DNA of 63,295 bases, the filler included, from Choristocarpus tenellus KU-1152 (taxonomy: Eukaryota > Protista > Phaeophyceae), in the NCBI GenBank assembly GCA_964200185.2. It is 11 parts of 11 records of this genome, joined end to end, with 100 filler letters (N's around TTAATTAATTAA, not from the genome) between each part and the next. Parts side by side here need not be neighbours in the genome. Positions count along the whole stretch, not along the records: positions 12,278 to 14,951 come from CAXNAD020025754.1; positions 15,052 to 19,773 come from CAXNAD020013338.1; positions 19,874 to 26,395 come from CAXNAD020007948.1; 8 more parts are not named here. One strand, 5' to 3'. A program made the translations under genes and the position numbers. This document shows positions 12,305 through 23,800 of this stretch, piece by piece. Every line of letters begins with the position of its first letter. The first letter of the stretch is position 1. The notes under the pieces were generated by a model. The model was not told the DNA's origin and did not search any database. It saw only the letters and a list, made by a program, of their open reading frames with translations.

Positions 12305-13656
12305 CAGTTGTGGTTCAGGTACATTTAGTGTAGAGTGCACTGAAGGTGTAAGTGGGGGAAGGCAGTCAGAAAAAAAGAAACATCAACACATGAGATACGA
12401 CTGACGGTTCTGATGTGAAGATAAAAACAAGAAACAAACTTCAATCAATATCTGGAACAACTTATTATATGCCACATGCTTGTGTATTTGATAGGTGTCG
12501 ACTGTTCCATACTTGCTATACATCATGGGTTTGTAACGATGAATTGATGATGATCCTATGATGAGGTACCAATGATGTAAATATGAGTAACGACCAGTAC
12601 CGATGTTCGAATCAACAGTCAGTATGAACTGGTAATACCGTATCGTATCCATGACACAATTGATGAGTAGGCTATACTTGAAACTATATACTCCAGATCA
12701 ATTACGCCACATATTATTAAGGCGAAAAAACGGAAATTACATACGGACATGCAAGAAAGGATTCCAAGAGCAGTACAGAAATCCAAAATAACTGCACAGA
12801 TAGAGACAAAACGAAAGATATGGTAGAGAAGCAACACAACAGCAAGGAGTATATAATTTGGAATTCAGAGAAAGAAGAGAGAGTGCAGCAACTAGGGGTA
12901 TCTAACCAATCCGTTGCAATGTATGGACCACCAACACTATACCTACCAACGTCCAATGACACTCCTCCATTCCTTCAGGAAATTCAGGTTTTCTAAATAC
13001 AAATAGATAACAAAGCAAATCGAGAGGAATGCATTGACGAAACCACGACAGACAGATGACACAAAGCAGGCAGCAGACAGCAGACAGCAGGCAACAGACA
13101 GAAAATAAGGAGGTGGATCCTAAATGATGAACAATGCGTAATGCCATCGACTATTGTATCCTGTCGCCATGCAGTTTGCACTACAATGATGTCCAACAAA
13201 CTCCTTTTCATCTATAAGCTGGGCCGTGGTGAGTATGATTTCCATATGGTCAATCTGGTCCTCAGTACCCTGGCTGCTGTTACTTGTCGTTGTTCAAGGC
13301 CGAAGATCACTAGCAGGCAGCTTGTCAACCAATAAATGCGCCAATGCAGTCCTCACCCTTGCCATTCCATCCAACATTCCTTCTTCACACATTCCTAAAA
13401 CACTTCCCTCTTTCATCAATTTATTTTTCACCTCCTCCGTTTTTTCCCCCTGCTAAACTAGGTTCACTTGTTTGTCTTTGCTATCTATCCATTCCATATT
13501 TTCTGTAACCGAAGTTTTGTTTGTTACATTGTACTGGTAAGGTGTTACCAGTAGCTTCGCCGTCTGTAGCAATCGTATTTTTTTTCATTGGAACGCCAGA
13601 ACAGTCATACAACAATCTATATATCAAATGAAAGGGTATGACAAGAGCTTTTGGAG

Positions 13657-14795
13657 GTTTGTATGCAGGAATGTCCAGGCTTCGGGGACAGGAGCTATGT
13701 CCCAATCGAAGAATGGAAAAAAAAACGCCGGGGAATCTCTTCAGTGCAATTTTGAAGGTCACGACTTCAAAACGGACCAAAATGAAGTCGTTGACCGAAC
13801 TCCTTGCAAAACACTGGTCCGGGGTATGTCGCTGCCCAAGTTTGGCCGGTGTGGCGATACCGAAAAAAAAAACTCAAGATTTCCGGACATCTTTTTAACG
13901 CCTTTTGCAGACTTTCCGTGAGCGTACACATGCGTGACTCACACAGCAACATGAACCACGACAGTGAGACAAGGAGAGCGGCTGAGGCCACTCTGTCCCC
14001 TGGATCTACCCTCGGCACCTTCTCTGTCAAGAGACGACGGAAAAGCAAGTACCGTGTGACACTCAGTGCAATGTTAGGTGATGAGAAAATGCGAGTAGTG
14101 AAGCATAATCAAATCGCGAAATGGATCACAGGGTCACGATGCTGATGCTAAGAGAAGATGCATTGAAAGCATTACCACACAAACGTGGTTCGATCTTCAA
14201 CCACGTCGGAGCACTCCTCTGCTGTCTCTGCCGCCTCAGGAAAGCAGGAAGAGGGCGGCGAGTCCATCACCAGATGGTACAGTGACGAAGTCTGTGGGGA
14301 AGCCTGGTCACGGCGGGTAAAGGGAGAACCGGGGTGGCAACCTGAAGGGAAGATTGAGGAAGAGAGCAGTGTGACTGCGTGCCATTGCGCTCAGGAAACG
14401 CCTAAGCGAAAAACCAGGTGTAGAATATCTTAGTAGTGGACAATTCCAGCTCGCCGTAGCTGGTTGGAAGCTGTGTGAGTCAGAGTGGGTTAAGGGAACG
14501 AGAAAGAAGGTGTAGGGTTGGGCTACACGGGCTCTGAAGCTTGGAAGAAGGTCGAAAGGGCTTGCAAGGCGGAGGAGAAAGCAATCGTAACAAAGTCAGC
14601 TGCGGAGACTTTTCGATACCATCAAATCCTTTACTTAGAAGAGGTCACGAAGCAGGTGGAGGTAGCCATCGACAAGGACGCCAGGGAAGAAGAGGAGGGT
14701 GATATTGAGACTATTTGCACACCAGTGGTTTGGTGTCTCCCACTTCTTCCAAAAGACGCCGTATATTAACTTTGTTTCCTGGACTTGGAGTTGGA
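13657..14795 (+). repeat. Unclassified dispersed repeat X, copy 1 (degenerate coding TE-like sequence)
   Basis: Colinear with the reverse complement of about 58550-59700. Shared stretches include CCCTGGATCTACCCTCGGCACCTTC, CAGTGACGAAGTCTGTGGGGAAGCCTGG and TGGTTTGGTGTCTCCCACTTCTT. Confidence 0.85.
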
Positions 14796-14951
14796 GGCAC
14801 AAAGTATCTGGGGGGGAGTGGCGTCTGTCCATTCGGGTCAATTTTTTCATGTCGCGATTTTTTGGGTGATTTGGTTGCATACGTTGGATGGATAATGTAA
14901 ATACACTTTTCCCCAGTTTGATCCAAATACACACACTGGTGTAGACCCCCC
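14796..14951. mobile_element. MITE-like family A copy inserted in repeat X, truncated at the contig end
   Basis: GGCACAAAGTATCTGGGGGGG...GGATGGATAATGTAA...TGGTGTAGACCCCCC. It is absent from the second copy of repeat X. Confidence 0.85.
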
Positions 14952-15130
14952 NNNNNNNNNNNNNNNNNNNNNNNNNNNNNNNNNNNNNNNNNNNNTTAAT
15001 TAATTAANNNNNNNNNNNNNNNNNNNNNNNNNNNNNNNNNNNNNNNNNNNNCTCCCTTCCCCCTGATACATAGTCTATGACCTCCCCCCCCCACTTACCT
15101 TGTCTAACGTTTAGTGACGTTTGGGTGTGT

Positions 15131-15166
<36 letters not shown>

Positions 15167-16437
15167 TGTGTGTGTGTTTGATTTCATATGTTTTTGCAGG
15201 CTTTGGTGTTAGGGTTAGGGTTAGCATTGTTATCCAGGAGGGGTTAAGCACTGTTGTATGGGAGTGCACTACAGCATGGAAATGTTTTGTTTGAGAAGGG
15301 ACTTGTTCATTTCATGGTTCCTTTAAATTATTTGTATTATTATTATTTTTTGTGGTAGTGAGGTAGGTATTAAATAGAGTTGGTTAGGGCATTGTTACTA
15401 GAGTGCTGCATTAACCTTTTGAGTTTTTTCAGGTGTGAATTGTTGGAAGAGATGTATATTTCAATGAAAGGAGGTTGCCGTTGGTCAGTTTTTTGTAAAT
15501 GGTTGAAGGAAAAATATTTAAATAAAGTAATGCTCGTATCCTTGAGCCAAATGCACACACACACACACACACACATATATTTATGTAAACATTTATATAA
15601 TATGGATTAGTGGTTCCTGTGCTAGTGCAACAAAAGCAGAGAAGGGAGCAAAGAGGGTATTTTGAAAATGTTATTCTCGTAAAATGAATATATGTATGTA
15701 TTCTCAAGATTATTAAAAGAATATTCGACTATTTTTGAATTTTAGGGTATTTTGAAGGATCATGATCATATATAGAACCGAAGTGTACTTAGTAATTCAT
15801 TACTATTCCTTAGGATCATGATACTAATGCATTTTGGGAGTGGAATGGAGTGCCATGGTGATGACGGGCTGAGTGTCAAATGCTTTATTACCTGGTCTGC
15901 CATAGATGAGATATTCTAACGTGGCCGAGTCCATATCCGTCAGTAGTTCAAGATGACATGGGACCCTGTCTGACCCTGTACACAACCAAGTTTGAACATG
16001 GCCAAGTCCATGGCCATCAACTGTTTCAAGATCACCAGATGGCTCAGTCAAAAGCAATGTTTAATTTGTGTGTGTGTGGGTGTGTTTTATATAGTTGTAC
16101 TTGATTATTGTATGATGCTCTTGAAATTTGTGTTGATGTCTTATCACTTTTTTTCTCGATAGTAGTAAATATAGCATTGAACACTTCAGAGTTATGTAGA
16201 TGTGCTCACCTTGCAAATTGTCTCGCATTTATATATTTTCCACTCTACAGTTACTGTACATTATATATTGTATTTATTTTCCACTCTACAGTTACTGTAC
16301 CTTATTCTGTTGTGGTAGTGGTCTCTCTCATCACACACCAGTGCTTTACTGCTCTTTTCACGCATCCCCCGGAGGTGCATTTACCTTCTTGAAACTGAGA
16401 AACAGTTACATTGTTGTTGTGTTATGACACCACTACT

Positions 16438-16474
<37 letters not shown>

Positions 16475-16491
16475 TGAACAAACTCCTCAAG

Positions 16492-19400
16492 GTGGGGCTA
16501 TCTTCATTGCATGACCCTAAGAATCTGAATCAATCTGTGTACATGGACCTTATGCTGTGTCCCAAGGGGACAGCCACTGTCGAAGAAGAGGAGCACCTGG
16601 ACGAGGAGTACCTTGGTGTTCTCAGGGTGTGTTGAAACAGTTACTGATTTTTTACAATTAGAGGTGCCTTTTTGGTGTTTGCTATATTGGTGTGGGTGTA
16701 GTAGTGTCATTCATTATTATTGTTGTATTCTGGTGTCTCTTGTGAATGGGATTAGGGTTAGGGTCTCCTTCTGTCTTTGTTGCACTTGTGACTCCTTGCT
16801 ACCGTTGTTACAATGATTACAATGCTTATCTAGTACCTGAACATCAAATTGATTATTGTACAGGAGATGCACGTCTTTCCAGTCCTTCTGGAAAAGCTCT
16901 CTTCTGATGAACTTCTGTTGTTTATTCTGGCGATTTCTATACATAGCATTGGATACTTCTCTCACGTTAGAGCTTTGATGAATTGATTCATTTGATGAAA
17001 ACAGTAGTTCCTGGGTTTCAACTGATTGCTTAAATAAAACAACAATATTGTTATTATTTATCAGTATTGATTTTATGAAAACAGTGCTTCCCGTGTTTCA
17101 ACTGATTGCTTAAAATAGAAACATTAAGTATCTATTTTTATTATTATTATTATTGTTATTGTTATCACTATTGTTATTTATTTTCGAAAGCAAGCTCAAG
17201 TCATTTTTCTTACTTTTCAATGGATTGTTTTAAACAAAAAAAGAGATATCCATTTTTATTTTTCTAAGAAAAAAGATTTCCGGTCTTACACCTCTTGAAA
17301 CGACAGATCAAGATGGTTCCCATGCATGGCGGGGAAGAGCCGGATCTGTCTGGCTTCAACCAGGGAGAGCTTGACTTTGATGTGGGACAAGATGACAGTG
17401 ATGAGGACATGGATGATGTTGACATGGAGGAAGAGGAGGAGGAGGAGGAAGAGTTGACCCCTGAAGAGCAGGCGGTGGAGGCTGCACGGTTGGTGCGTTT
17501 TTGTTTTTTATTTTTTAAGTAGTTTTTATTTTTGAAAGGTTGTGACATGGAAGGCGGGATTTATTTGATTTGGATGGGCCGTTTTTGAAAAGTTTTTTGA
17601 TAGGATGAAGGCGAGGGTATGCCCTGTATGCTGCTTATTTATTTATTTTTGGAAAGCTTGTGGCGTTGATATATGTATGCACGTATGTATGTATGTATGT
17701 ATGTATGCATGTATTTATGTATGTATGTATGTATGCATGTATGTGTAGCAAGAAGGAAAAGAGTATTTTTGATTTCACTGTCTTGTTTAGTCTCTTGAAC
17801 ACAATCAGTGTAGGAGAGTGTTGGTGGAGTTGTGATACTTCACAGACTTGCTTTGAACTCAAAATGATTGTTTTCGTTTTTTTACCTTTTTATAATTTAT
17901 TTGATGGGAGTTGATTGGAGTTGTCATACATGCGGAAGACATGTCAAGTTCATGGTAGTTAGACCGACCCCCCTGCCATTCCCTTATGAAGTCTTACAGT
18001 ACTAGGGTTAAATGTTACAGAGGATAATGTGTTGGGGTTGTGAGGTAATTTCTGCTCTGAGTGACCAGCACTGTTGTGTTGAGTGGTGTGACAGTGGACA
18101 GTGAGCATGACCACCATGTTGATACCTTGGTGTTTTGTTGGTAGATACAGGTGGTATTGTTAGAGTCTTTTTACTACTTTCTCTTTTGGTTGCATTTTAT
18201 CCTTTTTATGTCCTTACATGTCTGTATTTTGTACACCTCTACGTAATAATAATAATAATAATAAATACCTTACCTATCCTTTTTAAAATTTAATCTTTGA
18301 TGCTTCACACTGATGGGAGACAGCATTGGTTGCCGTTAACAGCTCTTTATGTGAAGCTCCCTGCTGATTTTATATACATACGTATATATACATATATGTA
18401 CATATGTAAGTTTAACAGAACAACCTTACCTTTTGTTTGATCTTACTTCAAACCACATTTCTTTCTGTTCCCCCCCCCCATTCACCTCCACAGCCCCTTT
18501 CTTCCCCTCCTATTATCCTAGAAGTAAAAAAAAAACTAAGTCGATTTGAAGACTTGATAATAGAGTGTGGTTAATCATACCACCTGTGCACTCAATGTGA
18601 CTGTGTCCCTAGTGCCAATGTTCATAGAAACTGTAGCTGTTGCTGTGAATAATGCCTTGGTTGAAAATCATAAAAAAAAACACTGTTACTTCTTTTTTCC
18701 CTTTTTTTTCTTTTTATCCCTTCTGTATTGCTTTCCACCGTAGTAAGACAATATTGCTGTCCACTGTCTTTTTTTTATTCTCTTAGCTAATCTTTGGGTT
18801 TTTTTAAAAAACTTTCAGGGTTAGGGTTCTTTCTCTTTATTTTGTACTACCTAGTTGCTTAGTTTAAGAATACCGGCTGTTTCTAACACCATTGTTTCTC
18901 TTTGTTTTTCCTCTCTTTTTTTTAAAATTATTATTAGGAAAGTGAGAAGAAGAAGCTGGAGATGGAGATGAAGCGGATCGCCAACATCGACATCAAAGAA
19001 GGATCCTACACCTTCCATGTCAGTGATTATACACTATTGAACCCTATCCAATACCCCTTCTACATGGTGTTAATAATAATAATAATAATAATAATACTAA
19101 CAAATGCTGCCTCAGTACTTGACTATTCTTCAAACCTTTCTGATCAATAGTTGTCCATTTTCTTGAGAGGAATAGAATATGATTTCACAAAAAATAAGTG
19201 AATACATTTTCTTTTTTTGTGAAGATGGTAAATCATTTCTGCATGATACAGATATGTAAAGATGTATACACATATATGGATAGGGATCTCTATGTTGCTG
19301 TGTACACCTTACAGGCATTTGTCTCAAACAGAGATAGAAATAAGAGCTCAACTGATCAAGGCGTATGCATGCCAATTCCTCATTCTGCTGTGGTATATCA

Positions 19401-19737
19401 GTCAAGCAGTGTATGTACATGTATTATGTAGTGTATGTACATGTATTACATTTTTTTTTTCCCAACTTTCACAACTCGCAAGGCTGAGGAAATATGTGAT
19501 GGTATTTATTTACTCAACTCTGATAATAATTTGTTGATTGTGAATGTGGACCAGGTCCATATTATCGAAGTCCGAGATCTAGCGTCTCGAGATAAAGAGA
19601 GCGGCAACGACCCTGTAGTGGAGATAAATTGCTTTGACCAGCTTCAAACCACCAAGATTTTGAAGGACACCAACTCAGCCATCTTTGATGATGTCTTCTA
19701 CTTTGAGCTCAAGGAGCAGACCAGAGATGACCTTGAG
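16492..19737 (+). CDS. Ferlin-like multi-C2-domain protein, partial
   Basis: Phase-0 exons 16492-16626, 17307-17492, 18938-19018 and 19555-19737 join to ...YLGVLRIKMVP, an acidic linker, then IDIKEGSYTFHVHIIEVRDLASRDKESGNDPVVEINCFDQLQTTKILKDTNSAIFDDVFYFELK. The C2 domain is clear. The ferlin assignment is by resemblance to the QVHIIEARDL...SDPVV type of C2 domain. Confidence 0.75.
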
Positions 19738-19873
19738 GTTAGGGGGAAGAAATGGGGAGAGGGGTTAGGGGGGNNNNNNNNNNNNNNNNNNNNNNNNNNN
19801 NNNNNNNNNNNNNNNNNTTAATTAATTAANNNNNNNNNNNNNNNNNNNNNNNNNNNNNNNNNNNNNNNNNNNN

Positions 19874-20850
19874 GTGTCTATAGTGTATCAGCAGCACTAT
19901 CTACGAACATCTACCACCCCCCTGCTTGGATTGTGTTTCTCACTCCAACTTCCTACCTGCTACAACATAACTGAGAAGGGACTAATCTACATATTTCAAT
20001 ATCAAGACTTGGGATCCTACGCATTCTTTAGCATGCTAGCTAGCATACTTTAAAGTGTGCTGAAATCTCAAGCTGGTAGCAGAAGTGATAGATGGAGTCC
20101 CGATGGCTTCTACCTTCTGTAACACGAGTATGGAGGGGACGAGAGCAACAGCAAAGGTTGCACAAGCTTCAAGAACAACTTAGGTGGTTGTTCCTTGCGA
20201 AAATATGGCGGTAGAATATGTTGTGGTGGAAGTTGAGGAGGACTTTTATGAAGAGGAAGAGCCTGCAATGGGGAGGATCACGACTTCAGGAAGAACTACA
20301 GGAGTGGACCTGCAGCGCCTCATCCCACTTCCCTCCAAGTTTGTGGTGTACAATAGTGGATGGTAATGGGGAGGGATTCCCCAAATACGAGAGGAGGCTC
20401 CTAACATGTGCTGCCATGGGTGGGTGGAAAGATGCCCTATTTGCTCAAGACCACATCAGGGTGGGCCTGGTGGGAAGCGACACTCCACGAAGGACACAAC
20501 TTGAAGTTCAGGAGGCGGTTTCGGCATTGGCTGGCCTGATTACGTGTGTATGTGGACTTCCACTTGAAATGATAGACGATCATGACAGCCCTTCGGAAGG
20601 GTTTCAGGCGCTTAGAGATCGTTATGCAAGAGACGGGATCATGGAGAGTGTGATCTGCAACTACTGGTAGGTCAGGATCCTGGAGAAGTTTTACTGTCAA
20701 CCGTCAACTGTTATTCATCATCTGGTTCGATGCCAAGAGTTCGCGTCTTCTTGACCAACTTTGTATCTACAACATCATAACTGAGAAGGAATTAATACAC
20801 ATCATACATATTGCGATATCAAGACTTGAGACCCTATACACTCTTTAACA
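19874..20850 (+). mobile_element. Copia-like LTR retrotransposon remnant (gag fragment between two LTR-like repeats)
   Basis: Diverged direct repeats at about 19930-20033 and 20750-20850 (CATAACTGAGAAGG...ATATCAAGACTTG...TCTTTA(G/A)CA). PBS-like TGGTAGCAGA at 20074. ORF 20218-20670 contains the gag-like stretch GLPLEMIDDHDSPSEGFQALRDRY. Confidence 0.55.
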
Positions 20851-23800
20851 CTACGTGGAGGACAGTAATTGACAATATTGTGCTACATGGGCAATAACAA
20901 GAAGGATGCATAGATCGGATTATATCATATCACAAAGAGTCATGTCACATGCTCCAGAGCACAAATTAGTGGCTGCTTTTCGCTACAGAGCGAATCACTG
21001 CAGCCCCAAAGCTTTTTTCAGAGATATTACTTTGGACTTTTTGTTATCGAGAGCGAAATATTTATCAAGAAATATGATAAATACCTATATTGGATTTGTT
21101 TCATCTTTCCAACAACGGTCTCAAACAGGAGATACATGCTCTGGTTTCCCATATTTACACATGATATTTTGACCTTCCAATCACATACAAAGGAATAGTT
21201 GTGCCATTTTGTCTGCCAATTGTTTTGACATTTACATTCTGGAAATGTAGTACTTGCTTCTTAATGAGATTGATCGAAACCGAGTTCAAGACTGAATAGT
21301 TGACCAGATGAGAACCTAGTAATAGCTGCTCGATTGGGTTGAGAAACTTGGAAAATAGTTGGTTTTATTGATGTGTTGCCTTGTCTGGCTAAATGAAACC
21401 TTTCAAACAATATTTTGGTTGATGCTTTAAAATTTCTGGCGATTGTCAACCTGCAATATCTCTAGATCGTCCCAATTCTCTTGCACGCCCACTTTCAATG
21501 TGCATGAAAACCGTTGTTAAGATATGAGCTCCCACTGCATTAACAGGCATCTACACATATCTTAAGTGATAATCCTATTCTGTGCGACGCGGGCTCTGTA
21601 CTTTATTTTATGGCGAAGTCTTTCTGTCTGGGTTTGTCTTTTCCGTGTTATGGGATGATGCCCAGGAATGTTTGCACGGGTGTGCTTGTGTAGACCTATG
21701 CGCATGTGTGTGGAGCATGCATTTTGTGATGTTGGTACATGTAATCCCTTATCTACACTATTTTCTCAACCTTTTCTGCCGTGTATCCTGTTCTTGCCCT
21801 ATTTGACGCAGAGGCAGGTCCTTCAGCAGAACAATTCCTCCACGCTTTTGATGCATGTAAGACCAAAGACAAGAAGCAGCAGAGGGACATAAAAGAAGGT
21901 AAGGTTGAATTCGTTTTCCTAACCTTGCTCCAATCCTTAACCCTATTCCCTAGTTATCAACTGTTGCTGCTCGATTCATTTTCTCATCTTCGGGTGATCT
22001 TGGATTGATTTATGTCTGGTGCACAGAATCTTTTAAACTGCCGGATTACTCAGAATAACTGGAATGCCTGCTTCTTGTACAATTTAATTTTCGTTGTCAA
22101 CCTCTTCTTTCTCTGCAACTGGTCTGCAGCAGCTTCAACTGTTTCTCAGTTTGCCCTCCCCCATCTCTATACTCGCAGCATCATTATTCCTGTTTTTTTT
22201 GGTATTTTGCATTCCTCGTCTCCACCTCAAAGTTATTGGGAAGCCTAGAACTCACCAATCATCCCAAATTCAATCTCGGCTGAATTTTGAACGTCTAGTT
22301 CAACGCATCCAATCCCGTCCCAAGCAAACATGAACTCCCTGGGTTCCCATCTGACTCAAGCCGAACACAACTCGACCCAATTCCTTTTCTATTTTGCTTT
22401 CGTATTTATGAGAGTTGATTGCCACTCCATCCTGTTTTTCAAGAAGTAAAACATTGGCAGTTGGAGTTTTTTTCAACTCAAACATTGATGCACAGCAGAT
22501 TCTTTGATGCGGGAGTTGTGTGCTTGAAGGGGTGAAGTTTTTTTTGTGACAAATTGTGTATCGTATACTTCTCCAACCCTTTGTGAACCATGTTGAGCCA
22601 AACTAAACGAGAGTTACCCGGGTTTTAACTGTTTTTTTATATATTAGGTCTATTTTTCTTCTTTTGCGATTCATCCTTATTCCTATGAATGAAGTGCTAA
22701 GAGTTGCTTGAGAGTGCTCATTTCTCCATTGTTTGAAAAGTTTCGACATAGTTAGGAAAGGTCCTTCCACGCTTTTGTACATAATACCGAATTTTGTGCG
22801 TTTATTTGCCAGCATCCTTAAAACGGAACCATGGGTATCACTCACTTAGTTTGGCTTGCTACCATCCCTCAGAGGTGAGGTCAAGGGAAGACAAAACGAT
22901 ATTTCAGAGCAGGGTAATGGAAATTGTGGAACCTCAGACTATGAAACCATGGCCGTTATCACATGTTCTTTTTCCTCCTATTAATTTGGAGTGCATGTTT
23001 AACTAGTGCATGCAAAGGGATACACAGCTCATTGCAAAAAATTAATACCTTGAAATGTATCTTTTGGTCTCATTGATATATGCTGTTTTCCAACAAACTG
23101 TTGACTTTTGGTTAGCTTCATAGACACAGTTGCAAGGAGTCTTCAGATTGTCCTGTACAATGAAGTAATAAAAAGTTCGCGACCTCAGACAACTCTACAA
23201 ACCCGATTTGGAATAGCATATTCCACCTTACAATTCCGGTTAAACTCGACAATAAAAGCATTTTGGTCTTCTAACAACGTCTGGATCTTACTATCCGGCA
23301 TTGGAGGAAATTAGAAGCTGCCTGACCACCACGTTGTGGACAGTTCAGCCAAAATAAGTTGTTGCACACACAGAACTCCATGTTCTGGCCGTATTTTCCA
23401 TTGCCATCTGCAGTTGAAGGCAGAGGAAAGCAGGAGTGGTACTCATGGTTCGACCTCAAGTGCACACAGGAAGAGGAACCCTCCACTATGACAGGCACCA
23501 ATATAATTGCAACACGGGCTGTGATACCCCTGTATACTTCAAGGCAGTGAGATAGGACTTACCTCCTCCTTTGTTGCCAGACAGTAAAGTCGCCGATTGC
23601 AGTGGACAACCATATATCTTTGAGCTGTGGGTCCAACAATAATTACGGATTTTGATTTCGGTTTTGGACCTTTCTAGGTTCAAAGGCCGTAAACTTGACT
23701 GAGAGGAAACATTTGATGGTGCGCTTTGTAGTCTCTCCTTGTATTATAATGTCCTTTTGCCCCAAGCACAACACTGCATATAGCCTGGAAAGCCCAGAGC

